DNA of 62,917 nucleotides, the filler included. It is 4 parts of 4 records of this genome, joined end to end, with 100 filler letters (N's around TTAATTAATTAA, not from the genome) between each part and the next. Parts side by side here need not be neighbours in the genome. Positions count along the whole stretch, not along the records: positions 1 to 18,470 come from SRR20825006_1736; positions 18,571 to 41,225 come from SRR20825006_1737; 2 more parts are not named here. The stretch is one strand, 5' to 3'. Shown in pieces: positions 9,139 through 19,342 of the stretch. Within the stretch, counting starts at the first letter, position 1, and each line of letters begins with the position of its first letter. Below the pieces are notes generated by a model. The model was not told the origin of the DNA. It saw nothing but the letters and a program-made list of their open reading frames with translations, and searched no databases. The position numbers and the translations under genes were made by a program.

Positions 9139-9924
9139 ATGGAACACGAAGAGGAAATTGTTGGTTTAATTTTATATGTCAGTTTTATTATAATAATCGT
9201 TGTAATATATGCCACTAAATACTTTTTATCATATCAACAGAAAAAAACACAATTTTTACTAGAAAGAGTTGAGGATAAGCAAAACTATGAAAAGGAGCTT
9301 ACAAAAGCTCAAACAGAAATTCAAGAACAAACCCTTAAAAATATTAGTTGGGAATTGCATGATAATGTTGGCCAATTGCTTTCGGTAGCGAAGATGCAAT
9401 TAAATATGCTACAGAATGATATCTCTCCAGAAAAGCAAAAATTTTACGAAGAAGCCGTTTATGTTCTTGGACAGGGAGTAAGTGAAATAAGACAATTATC
9501 TCATACATTAAATACTGATTTTATTTCTAGAAGGGGCTTAGAAGAATCTTTAAAAATAGAAATTGACCGTTTTAAAAGGCTAAATTTTATTAGTATAAAC
9601 TATACAATTGAAGGCGATTTTTATGCTATTGATAAAAAAGACGAAATTATTATTTTTAGAATCTTTCAAGAGTGTTTTTCTAATGTGGTAAAATATTCTA
9701 AAGCGGCTAACTTGGCAGTGTTATTAAAATATACCCCTTCTTATTTATATGTAAAAGTTGTAGACGATGGTGTTGGTTTTGATGTTGAAGCAGCACAAAA
9801 TGGAACGGGGATTATGAATATGCAGATGCGAGCTAAATTAATTGAAGCAGATTTTTCTATTGAAAGTAAAAAGAATGAAGGAGTTTCTGTAACTTTGGTG
9901 TATCCAACTAAGCCAAAAGAGTAA
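9139..9924 (+). CDS. Histidine kinase, HisKA_3 (NarX/DesK) type, single TM, no sensor domain
   Basis: ELHDNVGQLLS H-box, QECFSNVVKYS N-box, DDGVGF, GTGIMNM. Confidence 0.92.
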   Translation: MEHEEEIVGLILYVSFIIIIVVIYATKYFLSYQQKKTQFLLERVEDKQNYEKELTKAQTEIQEQTLKNISWELHDNVGQLLSVAKMQLNMLQNDISPEKQKFYEEAVYVLGQGVSEIRQLSHTLNTDFISRRGLEESLKIEIDRFKRLNFISINYTIEGDFYAIDKKDEIIIFRIFQECFSNVVKYSKAANLAVLLKYTPSYLYVKVVDDGVGFDVEAAQNGTGIMNMQMRAKLIEADFSIESKKNEGVSVTLVYPTKPKE

Positions 9925-10568
9925 TGAAAAAATATGATATTGCAATTGTAGATGACCATTTGCTATTTGCTAAATCCCTAACTTCCCTAATAGATTCTTT
10001 TGATAAATACCAAGTTTCTTTCCATGCTGTTAACGGTCAAAGTTTAATAAACACAATACAGCATAAACCCATGCCAGATGTAATTTTGATGGATATAAAT
10101 ATGCCAGTTTTGAATGGAGTGGAGACAATGAAGTGGTTGTATAAAAATCATCCAGAACAAAAAGTTATTGCGCTTTCTATGGACGATAGCGAGGAGATTA
10201 TAATTAAAATGTTGTGTAATGGCGCCAAAGGGTATTTGTTAAAAGATATTCACCCAGACACATTGGAAAAAGCTATAGACGATGTTATCCATAAAGGCTT
10301 TTATTACTCAGATAGAATTACTAATGAGTTGTTGGACGCTGTTTTAAAAGAAGAAAATAAAGTGAATGGAGTGGAGCTTAAAGACCGTGAAATACAGTTT
10401 TTAAAATTGGCTTGTACTGAAATGACTTATAAAGAGATTGCTGCTGAAATGTTTTTATCTCCTAAAACAATAGATGGCTATCGAGAAAGTCTTTTTGATA
10501 AACTCCAAGTTAGGAGTCGTATTGGATTAGTACTCTACGGAATTAAAAACAAGTATATTAAATTGTAA
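9924..10568 (+). CDS. NarL/LuxR-family response regulator
   Basis: IVDDH, LMDINMP, GYLLKD, C-terminal HTH TYKEIAAEMFLSPKTIDGYR; TAATG overlap with kinase. Confidence 0.93.
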   Translation: MKKYDIAIVDDHLLFAKSLTSLIDSFDKYQVSFHAVNGQSLINTIQHKPMPDVILMDINMPVLNGVETMKWLYKNHPEQKVIALSMDDSEEIIIKMLCNGAKGYLLKDIHPDTLEKAIDDVIHKGFYYSDRITNELLDAVLKEENKVNGVELKDREIQFLKLACTEMTYKEIAAEMFLSPKTIDGYRESLFDKLQVRSRIGLVLYGIKNKYIKL

Positions 10569-10621
10569 ATAAAAGGAAGCTTTTTAAAAAGCACCATTTA
10601 TCATCCTTGTTGTATTTATTG

Positions 10622-10840
10622 CGTTATCCTAGGTTTGGTATGCTGTAGCCTTAAGTTATATTAGGATTGCGGTTTGTTTATCCTGAGCTTGCTGTTTATT
10701 ATCCTGAACTTGCCTTAAGTTCTCTTAGGGTTGCAAGTTGTTTATCCTGAACCTGTTGTACGTTTCCTGAGCTTTTCGTAAGCTATATCAGGCTTGCAGT
10801 TTGTCCGCTTGTCGAATGTCCTCCTGAGCTTGTCGAAGGA
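10622..10840. repeat. Degenerate ~64-bp tandem repeat containing TCCTGARCTTG REP-like cores
   Basis: Units start near 10649, 10713, 10777; array ends in CCTGAGCTTGTCGAAGGA. Confidence 0.65.
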
Positions 10841-10889
10841 TCTTGCATTATTTTAAAAACTTCCAGAAACTCAGTTTGACAGCTGTAAA

Positions 10890-12788
10890 TTAATTTTTAT
10901 AATACTCTAATAATTCTTTCAATTTATCGGTAGAATCTTCAAGTCCCCCTTCACGATTTCTAAGCAACCAAGTTTTCTTTTGATTTTCTATAATTGGCGC
11001 GAGTTCTTCCGCTAGTTTTTCTTTTTCTACTTCCGGAATGTTTTCCGTGGCATATCCTTTTGCTTTTAATCGAGCTTCTCCTAAATGAGCTCCATGTAAT
11101 GCAAGTTTGGCAGCCTGTTTTGTTTCTGCAATTACAATGGCAGCATCCTCAGAAGTTGGTTTCCCTTTATCAAGAATAGCTAAAGCGTTATTAATCTCAT
11201 TTTCTGCGGCTTCCAATCCTTTTATGGTTAGGTGTTTTGTTTGGTAGTGCCCTTTCATAGTCCATTTAAACCTTCGGAGCATTAAGTGGAAAGCATTGGC
11301 ATTTCCTGCAGGAATATCTGCTTTTAGATAAGCATCACCTAGCATTAAAATAGCTTTTCCTGTATTGGCTGTTTCGTCTTTAAACACATAATGATTTAAA
11401 TGAAAAGCTAAGTTATCAACAGATTTTTCTGAATAATTCCAAGAATAAGAAGCGCCAAGAAGCAGTGGAGCATAGGTAACAGATAATGGTTGAAAATGAC
11501 CAAAATCTCCCCAATTTGTGTTTAAAAAACCTTTTGCATTATTTTTTTGCCCTTCAATTGCAGCATTCTTAAGGTTTTCAAAGGCATTGGTGTTTCTTCC
11601 TATTTCAGAACGCCATGTAGAGGTTCCTGGGCACACATAAAATTCTAAACCTGCATTTTTAAACTTTGGTAAGTTTTCATCAAAAGGGTAGGTGGCATCA
11701 TATCCCCAAACTACCGCAGTCATATTTTTAGGAATTTCACTTATTAATTCTGGATGATTTAAAATAATATCTCCCCAAAACTGAGCTAATTTTCCTTGCT
11801 TATTAACTTCTTCATTGAGTTTAGTGAGGTAGTTTAAATATACGTGTCCTTTTCCAAGCTTTTCACATTCTTCTTTAGACTTTCCTAAACAAAGCTCTAC
11901 CGTTTCATCTCCGCCAATATTAAAATACTTACTCGAAAAATTTGGAAGTAATTCTTCATACAAACTCTTCATTAATTCAAAAGAAGCAGGGTCAGTCGGA
12001 TTTAAACTAGTGCGTTTTCGTTTTCCCCAAACAGTTTCACAATCTTCAGGACATTCAGCTAAATCTAAATATTCATCATGCTTTAACCAGTTTTCCATAT
12101 GCCCAAACGAATTTTGATTCGGCACTAAATCAATATGTCTTTCTCGACAATAAGCATCGAGGAGTTTAATTTCTTCCGCAGTAAACGGACTCGCATTTTT
12201 CCATACTTCCTCATGGTTTTTGTAGGCAAAGGTATGCTCAATATAAAGTTGTAATTCGTTTTGTTTCCATTCGGCTAACTTATCAATAAGTTGATAAAGT
12301 GTTTCCATAGTTGGCACTTTGTCTCTACTAACATCCAACATAACGCCTCTTCTTTCAAAATTTGGCCAATCTGTAATTTCTATACAAGGAAGCGATTTCC
12401 CTTCGGATATAGCATACGAAAGGAGTTGAGAAAGGGTTTGTTTAGCATAAAATAGTCCGGCTAAATTTTGCCCTGTAACTTGCAGCGTGTCTGTAGTTAT
12501 TTTTAAACGATATCCTTGAGGCTTTAACTGTAAAGAATCGATACTAAAATTGAGATGTAATTTTGAAAAACCAATCTTTTCTGCAATATCCATAGACCCA
12601 ATAAAATCCATGTTTGTAGTAATAGTAAGGAGTTTTTCAAGCTGACTAGCATTTGTACTTGTTAAAGAAACGCAAGAATCTAAAACTGTAATTTCTTGTG
12701 GCGGATTGATAAAGTATTTAGAGAAATCCTGAGAAAACCCATTAAAAACGGTAAAGGAAAGGAGAAGACTTAAAAAAATGCTTTTCAT
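10890..12788 (-). CDS. Secreted GH20-family glycoside hydrolase (beta-N-acetylhexosaminidase-like)
   Basis: Signal peptide; DWPNFERRGVMLDVSR, NSFGHM, FNIGGDE catalytic D-E pair. Confidence 0.85.
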   Translation of the reverse strand: MKSIFLSLLLSFTVFNGFSQDFSKYFINPPQEITVLDSCVSLTSTNASQLEKLLTITTNMDFIGSMDIAEKIGFSKLHLNFSIDSLQLKPQGYRLKITTDTLQVTGQNLAGLFYAKQTLSQLLSYAISEGKSLPCIEITDWPNFERRGVMLDVSRDKVPTMETLYQLIDKLAEWKQNELQLYIEHTFAYKNHEEVWKNASPFTAEEIKLLDAYCRERHIDLVPNQNSFGHMENWLKHDEYLDLAECPEDCETVWGKRKRTSLNPTDPASFELMKSLYEELLPNFSSKYFNIGGDETVELCLGKSKEECEKLGKGHVYLNYLTKLNEEVNKQGKLAQFWGDIILNHPELISEIPKNMTAVVWGYDATYPFDENLPKFKNAGLEFYVCPGTSTWRSEIGRNTNAFENLKNAAIEGQKNNAKGFLNTNWGDFGHFQPLSVTYAPLLLGASYSWNYSEKSVDNLAFHLNHYVFKDETANTGKAILMLGDAYLKADIPAGNANAFHLMLRRFKWTMKGHYQTKHLTIKGLEAAENEINNALAILDKGKPTSEDAAIVIAETKQAAKLALHGAHLGEARLKAKGYATENIPEVEKEKLAEELAPIIENQKKTWLLRNREGGLEDSTDKLKELLEYYKN

Positions 12789-13028
12789 CTATATTAAATT
12801 TTTACAAAAACGAATTGATTGTTAGTAATTTAAATTATTTATGTTGGTGTTGATTATTCTCTATTAAATGCCCATTGTGGGCTTTCATGTGTTGAAAATG
12901 AATTAAGGGAGAAAGATACTAAATCTTCGGATAAGTTTTGGAAGAGAAAAAGTGAAACTTATAGATAAAAGTGAAATGAAAATCTACAATAGCTAGAGGT
13001 TAAACGTAAAAATACAATTTGTTAATTA

Positions 13029-13043
13029 TGGCACGGGTATTGC
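13029..13043 (+). promoter_or_regulatory. Sigma54-type -24/-12 promoter upstream of lon
   Basis: TGGCACG-GGTA-TTGC, exact match to TGGCACG-N4-TTGC. Confidence 0.65.
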
Positions 13044-13173
13044 CTATACAGAATGATTAAAATGTTGGCAAGCTTAATTTGTATACAAACTATCAGTAAA
13101 TTAAGGCGCTAACGGACTACTGAAAAAGAAGAATTAAACCCATTCTGAATGACAGAATGACTTATAAAGAACT

Positions 13174-15624
13174 ATGAGTAATAACAAATTTTTAAATATG
13201 GACAGTTTGTCACTGCAAAATATTGATGATGATGCTGAATTAATTCCGTTAATGACTCCGGAAGATGAAGAGGAAATCAACAATGAGGTTTTGCCTGAGA
13301 CACTCCCAATTTTACCTCTTAGAAACACGGTACTTTTCCCAGGTGTTGTAATTCCGATTACCGCAGGAAGAGATAAATCGATTAAATTAATAAAAGATGC
13401 TTCTAACGGAAGTAAAGTAATTGGGGTAGTATCTCAAAAAGATGAAACCGTTGAAGATCCAGAAATAGCCGATTTAAATACTACAGGAACTGTAGCAAGA
13501 ATTCTTCGTGTTTTAAAAATGCCCGATGGAAATACAACCGTAATTATACAAGGGAAAAAGCGTTTTGAAATAGAGGAAATTACAACTACAGAGCCCTATT
13601 TTAATGCGAAAATTAAAGATTTACCAGAAGAAAAACCTGCTAATGAAGACGAAGAGTTTACAACTATTATAGACTCTATAAAAGACTTGGCTTTACAGAT
13701 TATAAAAGAGAGTCCAAATATTCCTTCGGAGGCTTCTTTTGCTATTAAAAATATAGAAAGTAACTCGTTTTTAATAAACTTTATTTCTTCTAATATGAAT
13801 TTGGAAGTAAAGGATAAACAAAAGTTACTAGAAACAAAAAATCTTCAGGAGCGTGCTTTAGCTACTTTGAAGTTTATGAATGTTGAATTTCAGAAGTTAA
13901 ATTTGAGAAACGATATTCAGTCTAAAGTGCAATCCGACCTTAATCAGCAACAGCGGGAATATTTCCTTCATCAGCAAATGAAAACCATCCAAGAAGAATT
14001 GGGAGGAGTTTCGTCTGAAGAAGAGATTGAGCAAATGCGCATAAAAGGAAATAAGAAAAAATGGGATGCCAAGGTAAAAGAACATTTTGAAAAAGAATTG
14101 GCTAAGCTACAGCGCATGAATCCGCAAGTAGCAGAATATTCCATTCAGCGTAATTATTTAGATTTGTTTTTGGACTTGCCATGGAATAAGTTTTCTAAAG
14201 ATAAATTTGATTTAAAGCGTGCTCAGAAAATATTGGATAGAGACCATTACGGACTTGAAGATGTTAAAAAGCGTATTATAGAATATTTGGCAGTATTGAA
14301 GTTGAGAAACGACATGAAATCGCCAATTTTATGTTTATACGGACCTCCAGGAGTTGGTAAAACATCTTTGGGGAAATCTGTTGCAGAGGCGTTAGGAAGA
14401 GAATATGTGCGTATTTCTTTAGGAGGATTACGAGACGAAGCAGAAATCCGTGGACATAGAAAAACCTATATAGGAGCAATGCCAGGAAGGATTATACAGT
14501 CGCTTAAAAAAGCAGGAACTTCTAATCCTGTTTTTATTTTAGATGAAATAGATAAACTCTCTTCTAGTCATAATGGAGACCCTTCTTCGGCTATGTTAGA
14601 AGTTTTAGATCCTGAGCAAAATAAAGAATTTTACGACAATTTCTTGGAAATGGGCTACGACCTTTCTAAGGTTATGTTTATTGCAACAGCAAATAATTTA
14701 GGTCCAATCCAGCCAGCATTAAGAGACCGTATGGAAATTATTAATGTTACGGGGTATACAATTGAAGAAAAAGTAGAGATAGGAAAACGCCATTTACTTC
14801 CAAAGCAATTAAAAGAGCACGGATTAAAACCAGCAGATTTAAAAGTAGGAAAAAAAGAACTTGAGAAAATTGTAGAAGGATATACAAGAGAATCTGGGGT
14901 ACGTGGTTTGGATAAGCAAATTGCTAAAATGGTTAGATATGCTGCCAAATCTATAGCAATGGAAGAGGAGTATGATGTAAAAGTAACTACGCAAGATGTT
15001 GAAAAAGTATTGGGAGTAGCACGTTTAGAACGCGATAAATACGAAAACAACGAAGTTGCGGGAGTAGTAACTGGTTTAGCATGGACAAGTGTTGGTGGAG
15101 ATATTTTATTTATTGAATCTATACTTTCAAAAGGTAAGGGAACGCTTTCTATTACTGGGAATTTAGGAAAAGTAATGAAAGAGTCGGCTACCATTGCGAT
15201 GGAATATATTAAATCTAATGCCGAAAGTTTAGGAATTAATCCGGAGGTGTTTGAAAAATATAATGTGCATATTCACGTTCCAGAGGGAGCAACACCAAAA
15301 GATGGTCCGAGTGCAGGAATTACTATGTTGACCTCTTTAGTTTCTCTATTTACTCAGAGAAAAGTTAAGAAAAGTATAGCTATGACTGGGGAGATAACCC
15401 TTAGAGGTAAAGTATTGCCTGTAGGTGGGATTAAAGAAAAAATACTGGCTGCAAAAAGAGCTCGTATTAAAGAATTGATTTTGTGTAATGAAAACAAGCG
15501 TGATATTCTTGAAATTAAAGAAGAATATTTAAAAGGACTTACTTTCCATTATGTAAATGAAATGAGCGAAGTAATAGGCCTTGCAATTACAGATGAAGCT
15601 GTTAAAAATGCAAAAGAGCTGTAG
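13174..15624 (+). CDS. lon: Lon (endopeptidase La)
   Basis: [41 protein letters not shown] catalytic Ser. Confidence 0.97.
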   Translation: MSNNKFLNMDSLSLQNIDDDAELIPLMTPEDEEEINNEVLPETLPILPLRNTVLFPGVVIPITAGRDKSIKLIKDASNGSKVIGVVSQKDETVEDPEIADLNTTGTVARILRVLKMPDGNTTVIIQGKKRFEIEEITTTEPYFNAKIKDLPEEKPANEDEEFTTIIDSIKDLALQIIKESPNIPSEASFAIKNIESNSFLINFISSNMNLEVKDKQKLLETKNLQERALATLKFMNVEFQKLNLRNDIQSKVQSDLNQQQREYFLHQQMKTIQEELGGVSSEEEIEQMRIKGNKKKWDAKVKEHFEKELAKLQRMNPQVAEYSIQRNYLDLFLDLPWNKFSKDKFDLKRAQKILDRDHYGLEDVKKRIIEYLAVLKLRNDMKSPILCLYGPPGVGKTSLGKSVAEALGREYVRISLGGLRDEAEIRGHRKTYIGAMPGRIIQSLKKAGTSNPVFILDEIDKLSSSHNGDPSSAMLEVLDPEQNKEFYDNFLEMGYDLSKVMFIATANNLGPIQPALRDRMEIINVTGYTIEEKVEIGKRHLLPKQLKEHGLKPADLKVGKKELEKIVEGYTRESGVRGLDKQIAKMVRYAAKSIAMEEEYDVKVTTQDVEKVLGVARLERDKYENNEVAGVVTGLAWTSVGGDILFIESILSKGKGTLSITGNLGKVMKESATIAMEYIKSNAESLGINPEVFEKYNVHIHVPEGATPKDGPSAGITMLTSLVSLFTQRKVKKSIAMTGEITLRGKVLPVGGIKEKILAAKRARIKELILCNENKRDILEIKEEYLKGLTFHYVNEMSEVIGLAITDEAVKNAKEL

Positions 15625-15780
15625 TTAGTAGGCAGTATTCAGTTGTCAATATTTTTACCCAGAGCATGTTGAGGAGCATGAAATTAAATTAAAAGGAATA
15701 TTACCCGAAGTAAATGAGGAATTGATTTTCCGATTTTGACAAAGTAAAAGCTCTGTTTGAATGAATTTTAAAAGTTTTTA

Positions 15781-16470
15781 ATGAAAAAGATAACCATTGC
15801 CATAGACGGATTTTCATCCACAGGAAAAAGTACGATTGCTAAACAATTAGCAAAAAAGCTAAATTATGTATATGTAGATACTGGAGCCATGTATCGTGCG
15901 GTGGCTTTATTTGTGCTTAACAATGGTTTGATAAATGAAGCTGGAGAAGTTAAAAACTTAGTGGAGAAATTGCCAGAAATAACTTTGAATTTTAAGCTTA
16001 ATGAAGAAACTGGGAATGCAGATATGTACTTAAATGGCGAGAATGTAGAAAAAGAAATTCGAACCTTAAGAGTGTCAAATGTAGTGAGTACGGTAGCTGC
16101 CATTTCTGAAGTTAGAAAAAAGTTGGTAGAGCAACAAAAAAAGATGGGGGCAGAGAAGGGAGTTGTTATGGACGGAAGAGATATTGGAACGGTAGTTTTT
16201 CCAGATGCTGAATTAAAATTATTTATGACTGCCTCTGCTAAAACAAGGGCTCACAGACGTTATAAAGAATTAGTGGATAGAGGCGAAGAAGTAACTTTTG
16301 ATGCGGTTTTGAAAAACGTACAAGAAAGAGACCATTTAGACTCAAATCGTGAAGATTCTCCTTTAATTCAAGCAGAAACAGCTATTGAGTTTGATAATAG
16401 CGATATGGGCTTAAAAGAACAATTTGAACGGATTTATAATTTTGCACTTAGAATTATTGAGAAACAATAA
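15781..16470 (+). CDS. cmk: Cytidylate kinase
   Basis: IAIDGFSSTGKST, DTGAMYR, MDGRDIGTVVFPDA. Confidence 0.96.
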   Translation: MKKITIAIDGFSSTGKSTIAKQLAKKLNYVYVDTGAMYRAVALFVLNNGLINEAGEVKNLVEKLPEITLNFKLNEETGNADMYLNGENVEKEIRTLRVSNVVSTVAAISEVRKKLVEQQKKMGAEKGVVMDGRDIGTVVFPDAELKLFMTASAKTRAHRRYKELVDRGEEVTFDAVLKNVQERDHLDSNREDSPLIQAETAIEFDNSDMGLKEQFERIYNFALRIIEKQ

Positions 16471-16506
16471 TTATTATAGTTTTTTGATATAAATTGTAAG
16501 AAATGG

Positions 16507-17679
16507 ATGAGTGAGAATAAGGGATTGCCAAAATCACTTTTGTATTTAATGGCATTTGGGGCTGGACTAATAGTAGCTAATAATTATTATAACCAGCCTT
16601 TACTTGGATTAATGGCACGTAGTTTTCAAGTTTCAGAATCAGAAGTAAGTAATATTCCTTTATTTACACAGGTAGGCTATGCTTTTGGTTTGTTATTTTT
16701 AATTCCGTTAGGCGATAAATTCAATACAAAGAAACTGATATTAATAGACTTCATATTAATTATACTTTCATTATTAATTGCCGCTATAGCGCCTTCTCTT
16801 GTTGTTTTAATAATAGCAAGTTTCCTGATAGGATTTACTTCAGTAATTCCTCAATTTTTTGTTCCAATGGCTGCTCAATTAGCAAATCCTAACCAAAGAG
16901 GAAAGGCTATTGGCGTTGTCATGAGCGGATTGTTAATTGGAATACTTGGAAGCCGTTTTATGAGTGGGTTTGTAGGAGAATATTTTGGATGGCGTTCTAT
17001 GTATTATATAGCAGCTTTGGCGGTAGCTTTGTATTGGGGATTAATTTATTATAAGCTTCCTGCAATTACTTCAGAATTTAAAGGAACGTATAAGGAATTA
17101 ATGACATCTTTATGGTTTTATTTTAAGTCTGATAGTAATCTGCGATTAGCATCTTTCCGAGGAGCATTGGGTTTTGCAGGATTTAGTGCTTTTTGGACCA
17201 CTCTTGTTTTTTTACTAGAAGATGTTTTTAATTATGGTAGTGGTATAGCTGGTACCTTTGGAGTATTGGGGATTTGTGGTGCATTGGCAGCAAATGTAAT
17301 GGGGAAATTAAGCGACCGTATAAATAAGAATAAAGTAATTCTAATCGCAATTTTGATTATGATAGCTGCGTGGTTAGTGTTTTACTTCTCTACAGCTTCA
17401 ATTATAGGTCTGATTATCGGAGTTATTTTACTCGACATGGGACTCCAATCTTTGCATATTACTAATCAAAGTATTATTCTCTCTGGCAAATCAGAAGCAG
17501 GAAATCGTATCAATACAATATATATGGTTATCTATTTTATTGGGGGAGCACTTGGTACTATTACAGGCGCTCAGTTATGGGAAATGTTTCATTGGAAGGG
17601 AGTAGCAGCTTTAGGAATACTATATACCTTATTAATTTTAATTTTCCATTTACTATACAAAAAACCAATTACCCAATAA
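16507..17679 (+). CDS. MFS transporter
   Basis: About 12 TM segments; ANNYYNQPLL, PLGD, RGKAIGVVMSGLLIGIL. Confidence 0.88.
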   Translation: MSENKGLPKSLLYLMAFGAGLIVANNYYNQPLLGLMARSFQVSESEVSNIPLFTQVGYAFGLLFLIPLGDKFNTKKLILIDFILIILSLLIAAIAPSLVVLIIASFLIGFTSVIPQFFVPMAAQLANPNQRGKAIGVVMSGLLIGILGSRFMSGFVGEYFGWRSMYYIAALAVALYWGLIYYKLPAITSEFKGTYKELMTSLWFYFKSDSNLRLASFRGALGFAGFSAFWTTLVFLLEDVFNYGSGIAGTFGVLGICGALAANVMGKLSDRINKNKVILIAILIMIAAWLVFYFSTASIIGLIIGVILLDMGLQSLHITNQSIILSGKSEAGNRINTIYMVIYFIGGALGTITGAQLWEMFHWKGVAALGILYTLLILIFHLLYKKPITQ

Positions 17680-17849
17680 TCAAAACTTAACTACTCCTTA
17701 GTTTTCTTCGTTATTAATCTGTAGTAGTTTAATACACAAAATAAGACTAGATAATTTTATTATTCTTTGTTCTTTGCTCATCTAGCGAAGCTGTTTTATG
17801 TTTCACTTGTACATTAATCATAATCTTTAAACATTTATCTTTGTAATTA

Positions 17850-17880
17850 TTTGAAAATCAAAAATTAAGTTGTAAATTTG
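17850..17880 (+). promoter_or_regulatory. Bacteroidota primary-sigma promoter for rpsA
   Basis: TTTG (17850-53), 19-nt spacer, TAAATTTG (17873-80), matching the -33 TTTG / -7 TAnnTTTG consensus. Confidence 0.7.
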
Positions 17881-18005
17881 CACTCCTTTTTAGCAACCCC
17901 AAGAGGGAAAAGGGATTGAAAATCAATTATTTATATAAACACCTTCTGTTATTGAATGTTGTTAACCTCTTGATTTAAAGCAGAATACAAATTATTATCA
18001 GCAAC

Positions 18006-18470
18006 ATGGCTGAAGCAAAAGAAAACACAGCACAAAAAGAAACTATTTCTCAGGAAGAGTTTTTACAAAATTTTAACTGGCACAACTACCAAGAAGGTAT
18101 TGACCAAGTTGAAGATGCTAAATTAAAAGAATTCGAAAATTTAGTTGAAGAGAACTTCGTAGATACAGCTGATGAAGAGGTTGTAGAAGGAACTGTAGTT
18201 CACTTAACAGACAGAGAAGCGATTATTGATATCAACGCGAAGTCTGAAGGGGTAATCTCTTTAAATGAGTTTCGTTACAATCCAAACTTAAAAGTTGGAG
18301 ACAAAGTAGAAGTTTTAATCGACGTTCGCGAAGATAAAACTGGTCAGTTAGTATTATCTCACCGTAAAGCCAGAACTATCAAGGCTTGGGATAGAGTTAA
18401 TGCTGCACATGACAAAGCAGAGATTGTTAACGGTTTTGTTAAATGCAGAACTAAAGGTGGTATGATTGTA
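18006..18470 (+). CDS. rpsA: 30S ribosomal protein S1 (truncated by contig end)
   Basis: IDINAKSEGVISLNEF, LVLSHRKAR, RTKGGMIV S1 repeats; downstream of cmk. Confidence 0.95.
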
Positions 18471-18570
18471 NNNNNNNNNNNNNNNNNNNNNNNNNNNNNN
18501 NNNNNNNNNNNNNNTTAATTAATTAANNNNNNNNNNNNNNNNNNNNNNNNNNNNNNNNNNNNNNNNNNNN
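18471..18570. other. Artificial contig linker
   Basis: N44-TTAATTAATTAA-N44; identical to the other two linkers. Confidence 0.97.
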
Positions 18571-19099
18571 ATATATGACCGACGATCAGCGTTTTGCTGC
18601 GCGCCGTCCAGATGTTTTGGTTTTTGAAACGCCTATTCTTACTGAAGATGTAACAATGGCGGGTCCAATTTTGGCAAAATTAAACGTTTCAACAACTGGA
18701 ACAGATGCAGATTGGGTTGTAAAAGTGATAGATGTTTTTCCTAGTGATGCAGAAGATTTTCCTGAAACACAAGCGTATTTAAAAATGGATAATTATTTTA
18801 TGATGGTCCGAAGTGAAGTAATGCGCGGACGCTTTAGAAATAGTTTCAGTACTCCGGAAGCCTTTATTCCAAATGAAAAAACGACTGTTTCAATTAAGCT
18901 TCAAGATGTAAATCACACTTTCAAAAAAGGGCATAAAATTCAAATTCAAGTACAGAGTACGTGGTTTCCATTAATCGACTTGAATCCGCAAACTTTTGTG
19001 CCAAACATTTTTGAAGCCAAAGCAACTGACTTTAAAAAGCAAACGCATCGTGTTTATAATGATTCGTCAATCGAATTTACAGTTTTGAAAAAAGAATAA
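18571..19099 (+). CDS. CocE/NonD-family hydrolase, C-terminal part (5' truncated)
   Basis: DDQRFAARRPDVL, STTGTDADWVVK, RGRFRNS, VQSTWFP. Confidence 0.85.
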
Positions 19100-19115
19100 A
19101 ATAGGTGTAAAATAA

Positions 19116-19143
19116 AATCCCGACCAATGGCCGGGATTCCTTT
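19116..19143 (+). terminator. Probable terminator hairpin
   Basis: AATCCCGACCA-a-TGGCCGGGATT stem just after the stop codon; weak U-tract. Confidence 0.5.
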
Positions 19144-19342
19144 AACAAACCTAACTTAGTAAACTTTAATGTGCATATAGAATATTCTTTATCCCCACAA
19201 AAAATAATCTCAGATGCATTATCCACTAATTCTATTTTTCAAATATAACTCATGAAAACGGTCAATACTATACGTACTAACACGTATTTTTATATAAAAA
19301 CTGTATTTTATAAGGTAAAAAAGCATTAAAAATTTCCTACAA

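Noticed and set aside
10622-10840. Possible CRISPR array
   Set aside because: Repeats are degenerate and contiguous, with no unique spacers and no cas genes.
18515-18526. TTAATTAATTAA repeated three times in the window
   Set aside because: Always centred in N runs of identical length; an assembly linker, not biology.
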